This document shows positions 32,195 to 40,531 of a stretch of 48,938 nt of DNA, piece by piece (the first letter of the stretch is position 1; every line of letters starts with the position of its first letter). Made by a program: the position numbers and the translations under genes. Origin of the DNA: an uncultured Enterobacteriaceae bacterium (GTDB lineage: Bacteria; Desulfobacterota; Binatia; Bin18); contig CAZXFE010000003.1 in assembly GCA_964639795.1 (NCBI GenBank), forward strand, positions 1-48,938. Reading direction: 5' to 3'. A model generated the notes under the pieces. It was given only the letters and a program-made list of their open reading frames with translations. It was not told where the DNA came from and did not search any database.

Positions 32195-32458
32195 CGAGCA
32201 CAGTTCCACCCAGCAGATATTTGGCCAAAGAGACAGTAGTGAGAAAAGACAGAAGGTTATGACTAAAGCGGTATCAACATACATTGCCTGTTTCGCCCAA
32301 ATCGCAAATACTACAATGGCGGCCACGATATTGTTGAGGATGTTGTCCAATGCAATAATCCGTTCTAGAAACGTGGGGCCGATGATTACGCGGTAGGCGC
32401 TGAGCGCAATACACACCGCAATTCCGAACAGAACAAATAAGGTAACCGAGTCGATCAT
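32178..32458 (-). pseudogene. mrpF/mnhF-like gene with internal frameshift
   Basis: The N-terminal part, AYRVIIGPTFLERIIALDNILNNIVA, matches the MnhF core (RVIxGPxxxDRxxALD). The expected C-terminus, LLSFLTTVSLAKYLLGG...*, is readable only in another frame after about 32255-32260. Confidence 0.6.
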
Positions 32459-32467
32459 TGGGCCATC

Positions 32468-32740
32468 TCAGGAGGTAGTGTTCAAAACTGTCGTTGGTGG
32501 ACAGCCTATTCCAATAAGCGCCAGGCTGAGGAGGAAGCCCATCTCCGGTAGCCATGCCCAGGCATATACCAGCTTCTCTCCGGCTTGGACCTCAGGCCAC
32601 AGGCTGAGGAGGATGAGGAATTGCAGTGCTGGAATCCATGCAGCCTGCTTTCGGAGTGAAGCATGTAAACGCTCCGGTACATGAATGATTGCGCATAAGA
32701 GCGGAATGAGAATCAGGCCAGTAAACAGCAACATAAACAC
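32468..32740 (-). pseudogene. N-terminal stub of an mrpD/nuoM-type antiporter subunit
   Basis: The 90-aa ORF has the typical N-terminus of the family (…AWAWLPEMGFLLSLALIGIG, compare …PWIPxxGIxxxLxxDGLS) and then stops. Full-length members are about 500 aa. Confidence 0.5.
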
Positions 32741-33166
32741 GATTTTTGGGAGGATAACTTGCTTTCCGTCTCGTAGGGTGGATCGTATTTATACGTTCTT
32801 GGCCGTTTTAGGGCTGAATTAATCCAGCTCATCTATAAGACTGATTCGGCACTAAGTGTGTAAAACTAAAAATCTCATACGGAATTTCGTGAGGAAAAAT
32901 GTTTTCAACGCTGACTACCCAATTGTCTCAGCACAAGAACGGTAGTCAGGTGGTCAGGGTGATGACCTTTCCTTCGGTAATGTAGAGAGCAAACGAGCAG
33001 GCAGAGAGATCAGTGGAATAATTCTTTGGCCAAACATGGCTCTTGTCGTTTCTGAAGCTGAATTGGGGGAGCTGCCCCAAAGTGAGAGCGCGGGAACACT
33101 GGTGTTACCAGAAGGAAATGCGCGGCTGATAGGAAAATAGGATGAACAGGGTAGCTGGGATTCGTT

Positions 33167-33979
33167 TTAATTATTATTTTCTCTTCTTGCCATCGTTCGT
33201 AGACGACCGTCAGGATCAACACGCGTTCGCAAAATATGAAGTTCTTCCTGTGTTGGGGCTGGGGTGGTTAGAATTTGGCGCGGGGTCTTGAGTGTAAAGC
33301 CGGTTTGGGCTTGCACTTGCTCTTCCGTCACTCCGGGGTGGAGTGAGTGTAAGCGCATATGTTTGTCTTCTTCGTCAAAATCCATGATACACAGTGGCGT
33401 GACGCAATATTTAGGTCCTCCGCCGGGAATATTTAACTTTTTACGGGCGTCCGCGCCACCACTGCCCCAGCCATAGGCGCTAATGTAATCGCAGCGCTCA
33501 ACCAGTAAGCGTGGGGTGTGGGAGTTGAGGACTATGTAATAGCGCCCGACGTGGGTGCTGAGCGTCGGGGTACCGACTGAACCAGGACCCCGAAAACGTA
33601 GCTTGGAATGTTCTGGTCCTATACCAATCAGGTTTGTATTGCCATGTGGATCAACCTGTACTCCACCAATAAAGAATACGCGTTTGTGCCAGTGCTTGAC
33701 GTTGTCAAAACGATGGCCGGTATCACTGAACGACTCTGCCCAACGCACGACCCGATTGTCCCAGCCAAAGGCAGGCATGGGCAGAGAGTGCATGTCGGCA
33801 ACATTCATCTGCGTTCCAAAAAAGATCAGCTCTATATTCGGGCCGTGCATGAGATGTGCTAAGCGCACTGCGGCCTCAACAATGGGCATAGCCACGCCGA
33901 CCATGAGATGTTCTCTGTCTTTCAAGTCACGGGAAAGAAAAACTGCCATCAGTTCTTGGGGAGAAAAATCGCTCGGCAT
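33167..33979 (-). CDS. CoA-transferase subunit B (glutaconate/3-oxoacid CoA-transferase family)
   Basis: This 270-aa protein immediately follows the subunit-A gene and has the beta-subunit-like N-terminus ELMAVFLSRDLKDREHLMVGVAMP. Confidence 0.75.
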   Translation of the reverse strand: MPSDFSPQELMAVFLSRDLKDREHLMVGVAMPIVEAAVRLAHLMHGPNIELIFFGTQMNVADMHSLPMPAFGWDNRVVRWAESFSDTGHRFDNVKHWHKRVFFIGGVQVDPHGNTNLIGIGPEHSKLRFRGPGSVGTPTLSTHVGRYYIVLNSHTPRLLVERCDYISAYGWGSGGADARKKLNIPGGGPKYCVTPLCIMDFDEEDKHMRLHSLHPGVTEEQVQAQTGFTLKTPRQILTTPAPTQEELHILRTRVDPDGRLRTMARRENNN

Positions 33980-34013
33980 AGTGTGTCCTTGAGACGCTGT
34001 CTCCCCTCCGCAA

Positions 34014-34895
34014 TTAATACTCGTGGAGCTCGAGCAGTCGTGAAATTCCGATCTGCTCCAGATAGTCGACGTGCGTTTCGGGCTCTCGACAGTATTGCGA
34101 GAGATAGGCGGTTAACGCGTCTGTGTTCCCGTTTGCGGCTGCGACTGAGGCATCCAGATAGCTTTTGAGATGAGCACTGTCCTGGACGTAATAACCACGG
34201 CTATAGAACGGATGCGCACCGTATGGGACACGCACAATCGCATCTGCGCCAGCAACCGTCGTTGCCCACGGATCTTTGCGGATTTCTTCGTTAGAGACCA
34301 CCTTCTCTACTTGGACGATAGTTCGATCCGCTGCGCGGTGCATGAACAGATCAATCCAGCCCGGTCCTCCCAAGTGTTGGACATTGCCATAAACATCAGA
34401 TATCGCGGCATGCAAAAGGGTGACATCCGGCTTGATGGGTGGTACGGCCAGCAGTGTTTCTCCGTTGATCGGGTCGGTGAAAACCTTGAGGTCCAGATTG
34501 ACCTCAGGCAATGAGGTGCCCACTCCGCCACGCCAGGGCACAAAGGGAAGCAATTGAGCTGCGGCCTGCAGACCGGCGGTCAGGATGCCTTCTTCGCATT
34601 CCCAAATTTCTATTTCTCCCTGTTCAGCCGCATGCCGAAACGCCGGTGCAACCGGAACGCCAAAGCCTCCACCCGCATAGTAGCTGACAACCTTTTTGAC
34701 ACAGCCGGCTGCGATCAGCATGTCGAGCGACATGCCGGCGTCAACAAGAGTGAGGTCTCTCACTCCGCGCCGGATAATCTGGCGTAGGAGCGTCATGGGA
34801 GGTGGAGAGCCCACGGCGATGGTCATGCCATCTTCGACCCAGCCAGAGGCCTCGACTTCATTAATAACCTGCGAGGTGCGTTGTCCTGCTTCCAC
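34014..34895 (-). CDS. CoA-transferase subunit A (glutaconate/3-oxoacid CoA-transferase family)
   Basis: GTG start. Family-typical segments are VEDGMTIAVGS and GGFGVP, and the gene is paired with a B subunit. Confidence 0.75.
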   Translation of the reverse strand: MEAGQRTSQVINEVEASGWVEDGMTIAVGSPPPMTLLRQIIRRGVRDLTLVDAGMSLDMLIAAGCVKKVVSYYAGGGFGVPVAPAFRHAAEQGEIEIWECEEGILTAGLQAAAQLLPFVPWRGGVGTSLPEVNLDLKVFTDPINGETLLAVPPIKPDVTLLHAAISDVYGNVQHLGGPGWIDLFMHRAADRTIVQVEKVVSNEEIRKDPWATTVAGADAIVRVPYGAHPFYSRGYYVQDSAHLKSYLDASVAAANGNTDALTAYLSQYCREPETHVDYLEQIGISRLLELHEY

Positions 34896-34962
34896 GTGTC
34901 ATCCCTATCTGGTGCAGAGAGAAAAGTAAAAGACGGCATGGTATCATATCCGAGCCTGGGGT

Positions 34963-35006
34963 ATTGTCCTGCTCAAGACCTTTTCAGGGATTTTGCGCAG
35001 GACAAT
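34963..35006. promoter_or_regulatory. perfect 10-bp inverted repeat in divergent intergenic region
   Basis: ATTGTCCTGC (34963-34972) and GCAGGACAAT (34997-35006) are separated by 24 nt. The repeat ends 5 nt upstream of the AGAGGAGGAGG Shine-Dalgarno sequence of the SDR gene. Confidence 0.45.
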
Positions 35007-35024
35007 GAAAGAGGAGGAGGCTCT

Positions 35025-35741
35025 ATGGCTCAGAATGATCCCGTTGCCGTTATTGCTGGAGTTGGCCAAGGTATTGGTGCACGTTTTGTTGAGACCTTTG
35101 CTCAGGAAGGCTACCGGGTTGTCGGTCTGGCTCGTAATCAACAGTCGCTCGATCACATTCAGACGGCGCTCGGTACTCTGGCCGGACGGTGTAAATTTTG
35201 GGAGGCTGACATTACCGACCAGGCCCAGGTCGACGCGGTCTTTGCCCGTGTCCGGGACGAACTAGGCCCCGTCCAGCTCCTGATTGCAAACGCCGGAGGA
35301 GGCGCAAAACGTGGCTCGTTCCTTGATCTTTCTGCACACCAGTTTGAGCGGAGTTTGCATGGACAGGCGGTTGGCCCATTCTTATGTGCCAAACAGGCCA
35401 TCCCTGACATGCTAGCCCATGGCGGGGGAACGGTGGTCTATATCGGGGCAACGAGTTCGGTCAAAGGCTATGCAAAATCTTCAGGCTTTGCGCCTGGGAA
35501 ATTTGCCCTACGTGCCTTGGCGCAATGTAACGCCCGCGAGTTCGGCCCGCAGGGAATACACGTTTTCCACGTGATTATCGATGGAGGTATTGACAGCATA
35601 CCGTTAGGCGAGTCTAGGGAAGTTAAAGCGGGAATGCTCGATGCGCGTGCTATTGCCCGTGTGGTTGCCCAGGCTGTTGCCCAGCCACGCGATACCTGGA
35701 TGCACGAGTTTGATATCCGACCGTCGCTGGAGAATTTTTAG
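35025..35741 (+). CDS. SDR-family oxidoreductase
   Basis: The ATG at 35025 follows AGAGGAGGAGG. It has the dinucleotide motif IAGVGQGIGA and the motif IANAGGG. Confidence 0.8.
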   Translation: MAQNDPVAVIAGVGQGIGARFVETFAQEGYRVVGLARNQQSLDHIQTALGTLAGRCKFWEADITDQAQVDAVFARVRDELGPVQLLIANAGGGAKRGSFLDLSAHQFERSLHGQAVGPFLCAKQAIPDMLAHGGGTVVYIGATSSVKGYAKSSGFAPGKFALRALAQCNAREFGPQGIHVFHVIIDGGIDSIPLGESREVKAGMLDARAIARVVAQAVAQPRDTWMHEFDIRPSLENF

Positions 35742-35763
35742 AGATAGGCCGACGGCGGCTGAG

Positions 35764-37065
35764 CTAGCTCAGAGTCCGCATCCCAATATAAATCGCGGTG
35801 AAGACAACTAAAAAGACGATGCCGGCATAGCCGAGCAGCTTCAGCCAACGCGGTGGATGCGCTTCGCGCGGCATATGCGAGCTGAAGACAAGACGGTGAT
35901 TCGCAATCGCAATGATCGGTGCCACCAGGAACGAGATAACCGTAGCCAGATCAACTAGCGCTGTAAAATTCGTCAGGAACTGAGTAATAATCAGGTAGCC
36001 ACCAATCGCACCAATAATAATCCACGCGTTATAGACCGTCCGCCTGTTCTGGCCGTTGGAAAACAATAGCGCCCAGGTACGGTCCATAGCTCTCGCGTAG
36101 CCATCGAAGAGTACGAGGGTCGTGCTAAACATGACTGAAAAGGCCGAAGAGGCAATAATAATATAGCTCCAGTCGCCCAGTGTGGTGGTGTAGAGCCGGA
36201 CGACCTCGTTCGTGAATTGGGTGCCGCTTTGATTGGAGAAGGAGTGGCCTGAGCCGTACATGATGAAGGCACCCAGGGTCATGAAGCACACGGCAAGAAT
36301 CGCAGTCATTACGTAAGAAATATTAAAATCCAGCAGCGTCTCTCGCATGGTGGGCTTGTATCGGGTCTGTTTGATGCGCTCGAGCGTCCACAGGCTATTC
36401 AGCGCTGAGAGATCTAGTGGGGCGGGCATCCAGCCCATGAGTGCAATCAGAAAGGCAAAGCCAGATATCGACCAGATTTCAGATGAGTAAAATGTGAGGG
36501 GAGCGATAGGGCCACGCAAGAGTGTCAGAACAAAAGCAGCGATGGTCGAGATAAACAGAACAGTGCAAATGACTTTGATTAGGCTGTCCAGGATACTATA
36601 CTTGCCAACCAGCAAAATACCGACACACACAACAGAGAGGAAGAGCGATGTAATGCTGGCGGGAATAGTCAGCGCGAGCAGATTGTTCAGCAGGCCCGCT
36701 GTGGTAAAGCTGACCGCCGCGATGATGATGAACATCGGGGTGACGGTGATGAACAGATATAAATACAGTGCCCATCTGCCGAATCGCCGATAGCCGTCAA
36801 TCAGGCTTTCCCCGGTGGCGTTGGCATAACGTGAGCCATATTCGAACGACGGGTATTTTAAGAGATTGGCAATCAGAATCGCCCACAGCAGCGCGTAGCC
36901 GTAAGTCGCGCCAGCCCGCGTCGACTGGACCAAATGCGAGACGCCGATAGCCGTGCTGGCAAAGAGCAAACCTGGACCGAGTGTTAGGAGAAAGCGAGCG
37001 AATTGGCCGTCGTTTTCTCGCGTTGCCGTTCTCTCTCTAGTAGAAGTCGCTTGTGTGTTTTCCAT
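35764..37065 (-). CDS. NRAMP-superfamily transporter, non-canonical metal-site motifs
   Basis: About 11 hydrophobic helices with NRAMP-like layout (GPGLLFASTAIG..., ...LMGWMPAP...). The TM1 DPGN motif is replaced by GVSH. I prefer the ATG at 37065. Confidence 0.7.
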   Translation of the reverse strand: MENTQATSTRERTATRENDGQFARFLLTLGPGLLFASTAIGVSHLVQSTRAGATYGYALLWAILIANLLKYPSFEYGSRYANATGESLIDGYRRFGRWALYLYLFITVTPMFIIIAAVSFTTAGLLNNLLALTIPASITSLFLSVVCVGILLVGKYSILDSLIKVICTVLFISTIAAFVLTLLRGPIAPLTFYSSEIWSISGFAFLIALMGWMPAPLDLSALNSLWTLERIKQTRYKPTMRETLLDFNISYVMTAILAVCFMTLGAFIMYGSGHSFSNQSGTQFTNEVVRLYTTTLGDWSYIIIASSAFSVMFSTTLVLFDGYARAMDRTWALLFSNGQNRRTVYNAWIIIGAIGGYLIITQFLTNFTALVDLATVISFLVAPIIAIANHRLVFSSHMPREAHPPRWLKLLGYAGIVFLVVFTAIYIGMRTLS

Positions 37066-37196
37066 AGAAAGCCTGATATAAAAATTCCTTGAGTTTTGGT
37101 TGCAGCAGAGAAACACGACTCTTTCTTGCCTGTCAAGGAAACGGGGAATATGAGTTGGCTCGCTTACTTAGCACGAGAGAGCAAAGAAAGCTGTTA

Positions 37197-38555
37197 ATGA
37201 TAGATCTGGCTGAAATCCTCCAGACCATCCCTGATTACCAAGAGTTCCTAACCCTAAAAGAACTGCATAATAGTTCCGTCGAGCTCGTCGCAGAGTTTCC
37301 AGAGGTCGCGCGACTCCAAAAGATAGGCGTGTCTACGGATGGACGTCCGATCGAACTGCTGACCATCGGACACGGCTCGCGTGCGGCCCTTTTTCTCGGG
37401 GTTCCGCATCCCAATGAACCCATTGGTACTCTCAGCTTGGAGTTCCTGAGCCGTGTGTTATGTGAGCGGCCCGATCTCAGAGAGCGGCTTGATTATACCT
37501 TTTTGATCGTCAAAGTGAGTGACCCGGATGGACTGGCGCTCAACGAAGGCTGGCTCAAAGGCACATTTTCTCCGCTTCAATATGCCCTTAACTATTATCG
37601 GTGTATGGCCCAAGAACAGGTGGAGTGGGGCTTTCCCATTGACTACAAGACACTGCACTTCTCCAACCCGCCGGCTGAAACACAGATCGTCATGCAGCTT
37701 ATGCAGAACTACCGTCCCGGCTTCTGCTACTCGCTGCATAATGCCAGCTTTTGTGGGGTGTATTTCTATGCCTCTCAGTGTTTTTCTCGACTCTTCACTC
37801 AGCTCCAGCAGCTTGTTGCCGACCAAGGCTTAGCGCTTCACCAAGGTGAACCAGAGGTGCCGTATATTCAAGCCTGGACTCAGGCTGTGTATCCGTTCTT
37901 CGGAGTGCAAGAAAGCTACGATTTTATGGCCCAGCATCTGGATCAAGATCCGGCGGCACTCATCGCGACCGGGACGAGTTCAGCCGACTATCTCATACAA
38001 CTAGTTCCAGAGGCATTGTCGCTTGTGTGTGAATTGCCCTATTTTACCGACCCTGCGCTGGAAAATACGAGACCGGCAGGCATCTCGCGTCGTGACGCCA
38101 TGGCTGAAGGGATGAATCGTATTGAAGAAACACTAGCGCTCATTGAGCGACATTTCTTTGCTCTCCGGTCCTTGGCTCTCAAGGATAGACTTCCTTCCTC
38201 GCGTCTCTTCCGATCTGTGTCCGATTATGTGCAACGAACGCCTAAGCGCCTGGTTGCGCAACGCAGACAGCTGGAAACATCGTCTGCCTATGAGGAAGAA
38301 GCGACTCATGCCCAGGCATTTGATGCCACAGTATGCCGCAGTTTGCATCCCACACTGTATCTGGGTGAAGTGTATCGTTTAGCGAAAGAGGCTGGGGAAG
38401 AGAGTAGGGCGGAGGAAATCCGTACACAGGTAGAGCTACGGATCAGACACCTAGAGGGCGAGAGTCATATTGAAGTCTTACCTCTCAAGAAGCTGGTTGC
38501 GGTTCAGGTGGGCAGTGGGCTGCTGGCCATGCTGACGGAAGCGTCGTGTGCATGA
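37197..38555 (+). CDS. M14-like zinc carboxypeptidase family protein (no signal peptide)
   Basis: ATG at 37197. The propeptide-less N-terminus reads GVSTDGRPIELLTIG, and the Zn ligand motifs are GVPHPNEPIG (HxxE) with a later YSLHNA. Confidence 0.65.
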   Translation: MIDLAEILQTIPDYQEFLTLKELHNSSVELVAEFPEVARLQKIGVSTDGRPIELLTIGHGSRAALFLGVPHPNEPIGTLSLEFLSRVLCERPDLRERLDYTFLIVKVSDPDGLALNEGWLKGTFSPLQYALNYYRCMAQEQVEWGFPIDYKTLHFSNPPAETQIVMQLMQNYRPGFCYSLHNASFCGVYFYASQCFSRLFTQLQQLVADQGLALHQGEPEVPYIQAWTQAVYPFFGVQESYDFMAQHLDQDPAALIATGTSSADYLIQLVPEALSLVCELPYFTDPALENTRPAGISRRDAMAEGMNRIEETLALIERHFFALRSLALKDRLPSSRLFRSVSDYVQRTPKRLVAQRRQLETSSAYEEEATHAQAFDATVCRSLHPTLYLGEVYRLAKEAGEESRAEEIRTQVELRIRHLEGESHIEVLPLKKLVAVQVGSGLLAMLTEASCA

Positions 38556-38600
38556 CACCTCTAGAGCCACTAACTAAACTCCGTCTTGTCCAGTGGGCCT

Positions 38601-38662
38601 GGATACCTGCCTTCGCAGGTATGACTCAACAACGACTGTCATTCCCATGGAAGCGGGAATCC
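38601..38662. repeat. REP-type twin hairpin element (WIPAFAGMT / VIP..AGIQ type)
   Basis: Hairpin 1 is ATACCTGC-CTTC-GCAGGTAT (38603-38622). Hairpin 2 is ATTCCC-N8-GGGAAT (38641-38660). The plus strand would translate as WIPAFAGMT ... VIPMEAGIQ. Confidence 0.7.
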
Positions 38663-38745
38663 AGGCGGGTGGGGCCGGGGAGCTCACAACGTACTTGAAG
38701 TAGGTTTGTTAGGCGTCCTTAGGCATACTGAAAAAGGGGGAAGCG

Positions 38746-39876
38746 ATGGAAGCCGGGAATAACCAATATACGACTGGTATCCAGCAGGTGGAGGAAAGAC
38801 TGCTGGACTTTCTACGTACGATCGAAACACATCAGGAAAAGATGTTTGTTGCCCGGCTTGCCGAGCAGAACTCACAGTTGCAGGAGGATGTGGGTGAGTT
38901 GTTCGAGGGGCTGAAAACGGATCTTTCCGCGCTTGCTCCAACCGGAAGATTGCAAGACTTCCACGAAAAATTTACCAAAGCGATTGAGCATTGCGCCGAC
39001 TCCTATCGGTTCTTTTTGCTTTTCACCGGGCAAGAATCCGGCATGAATTTCTTGAAAGCTCGGCACGAACTCTGTCGAGGCAAACATCTCTTATACGAGT
39101 TGCGGGCTGAGCTTCCGACCCTGCAGGAATATTGGGTCCTGCCTGACGCTCTGCCTTCTCTTGTCGCTTTAGAAACGCAGATTCCAGGGCTGGAGGTCCC
39201 TGTGGGGATGATCCGCAAAGAGGGTGAAGACCAGCGATCAGCCTACTCGCTATACGTCCCCGAGAATTACACGCCGCAAAAACAGTGGCCTCTGATTGTC
39301 TGCCTGCACGGTGGATACAGCCGAGACGATGATTATATTTTGACCTGGATACGGGCGGCAAAAAGCAAGGGATATATGGTACTCTCGCCCAAATCGATGA
39401 GGGAAACGTGGTCGGCCATCCGCTTACCTGGTATTGCGCCTAATCCCGCGCTGGATCGTCGCTCTATACGGATGATGTTGGAGGAGGTCTGGGGGACTTA
39501 TGCGGTGGACCGTAGTCGGGTCTATCTAACGGGCTTCTCAGACGGAGGGATTTTTACTTACGTTTTAGGACTGGCCTATGCGGATCTGTTTGCGGGGATA
39601 GCGCCGGTGTCCGGCCGCATCCATCCGGCTGCTGATCACTTCGTCAGACGTGGTCAAGGCAAAGACTTGCCGATCTTAATCGTGCACGGTGGGCAGGATC
39701 CCATCTTTCCTATCGAGGTGACACGGCAGGTCAGAGACGTATTCGTAAAATTCGGCTACGACGTGACCTATCAGGAGTTGCGAGACTGGGGACACGCCTA
39801 TCCCTACTCCATCAATGAGACCATTGTGTTGCCCTGGTTTGATGGGCTTGGGGCAAAGTCCAAGTCGCCAGCTTAA
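38746..39876 (+). CDS. alpha/beta-hydrolase (carboxylesterase/PHB-depolymerase-like) with an uncharacterised ~170-aa N-terminal domain
   Basis: ATG follows AAGGGGGAAG. It has the segments LIVCLHGG, the nucleophile elbow GFSDGG, LIVHGGQDP and WGHAYP. I did not recognise the N-terminal helical domain. Confidence 0.7.
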   Translation: MEAGNNQYTTGIQQVEERLLDFLRTIETHQEKMFVARLAEQNSQLQEDVGELFEGLKTDLSALAPTGRLQDFHEKFTKAIEHCADSYRFFLLFTGQESGMNFLKARHELCRGKHLLYELRAELPTLQEYWVLPDALPSLVALETQIPGLEVPVGMIRKEGEDQRSAYSLYVPENYTPQKQWPLIVCLHGGYSRDDDYILTWIRAAKSKGYMVLSPKSMRETWSAIRLPGIAPNPALDRRSIRMMLEEVWGTYAVDRSRVYLTGFSDGGIFTYVLGLAYADLFAGIAPVSGRIHPAADHFVRRGQGKDLPILIVHGGQDPIFPIEVTRQVRDVFVKFGYDVTYQELRDWGHAYPYSINETIVLPWFDGLGAKSKSPA

Positions 39877-39919
39877 TACAGGGACATCCGCACACAGGCG
39901 GCGGCTTGTTCACCCTAAT

Positions 39920-40531
39920 ATGGGCCGGTATCGGTGGGGGATATGGGGAAAAATCCTTGGCCCGATCACGCGGCCATTCTGGTGGCAGTGGGTGTCGATA
40001 TGGTTTATCCCGTACTCGATACTGAGATGGGCCAAAGAGCGTCGAGACTCCGTGCGGAGGCCGCGTGGCTATCTCGTTATCGCCTCGTTCTTAGCCGCCT
40101 AAATCGCGATCTATTCCATCTTCGAGTCGATTCATGAACTACAGCTGAGTCGGGCCTTCTTTGAACGCAACGTATTTATGACGATGGTGTCCTCGGGCAA
40201 GAGCGGGTCATTCATAGCCACTATGTAGACGTTTGGGCCGTTCCAGAACCGAGCAGTCTCGTTCAAACCCGTTTTTCTCGCCCCATGGAGTTGGTTTGGA
40301 TCAGGCACGCCGAACAAAGATCTGCTGGCATTGTGGGCGCGGAACTACTTGGAGACCTGTACCACTGAGACGTGCGGGATAGAAGACAGAGACAACCCCG
40401 TCAATTCTGCCCGTATTGATTTGCGCCAGGCCAACCTGAGCGAGGCCAGACTGGCGGAAAAGCAAGTGAAAGAACTCGGGACGTACGAAGGCGGGAAGCT
40501 ACCGGACAACCTGAAGCATTTGGAGCACTAA
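39920..40531 (+). pseudogene. possible decayed pentapeptide-repeat protein gene (two in-frame stops)
   Basis: A single reading frame carries three coding-like segments, interrupted by TAA (40100-40102) and TAG (40226-40228). The C-terminus reads RIDLRQANLSEARLAEKQVKELGTYEGGKLPDNLKH, which is typical of pentapeptide-repeat protein tails. There is no Shine-Dalgarno sequence at 39920. Confidence 0.3.

Noticed and set aside
32887-32973. 28-codon ORF (MFSTLTTQLSQHKNGSQVVRVMTFPSVM) with GAGG Shine-Dalgarno, plus a 9-bp inverted repeat (CTGACTACC/GGTAGTCAG, 32911-32949), in the AT-rich spacer next to the Mrp relic
   Set aside because: It is too short and featureless to call. The inverted repeat lies inside it and has no U-run. 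The spacer is more simply interpreted as deletion-scar or promoter DNA.
37066-37196. Mn2+ (yybP-ykoY) riboswitch or MntR/Fur operator upstream of the NRAMP-like gene
   Set aside because: The divergent intergenic region is only about 130 nt. It contains a TTGACA hexamer but none of the conserved riboswitch segments, and no convincing palindromic operator.
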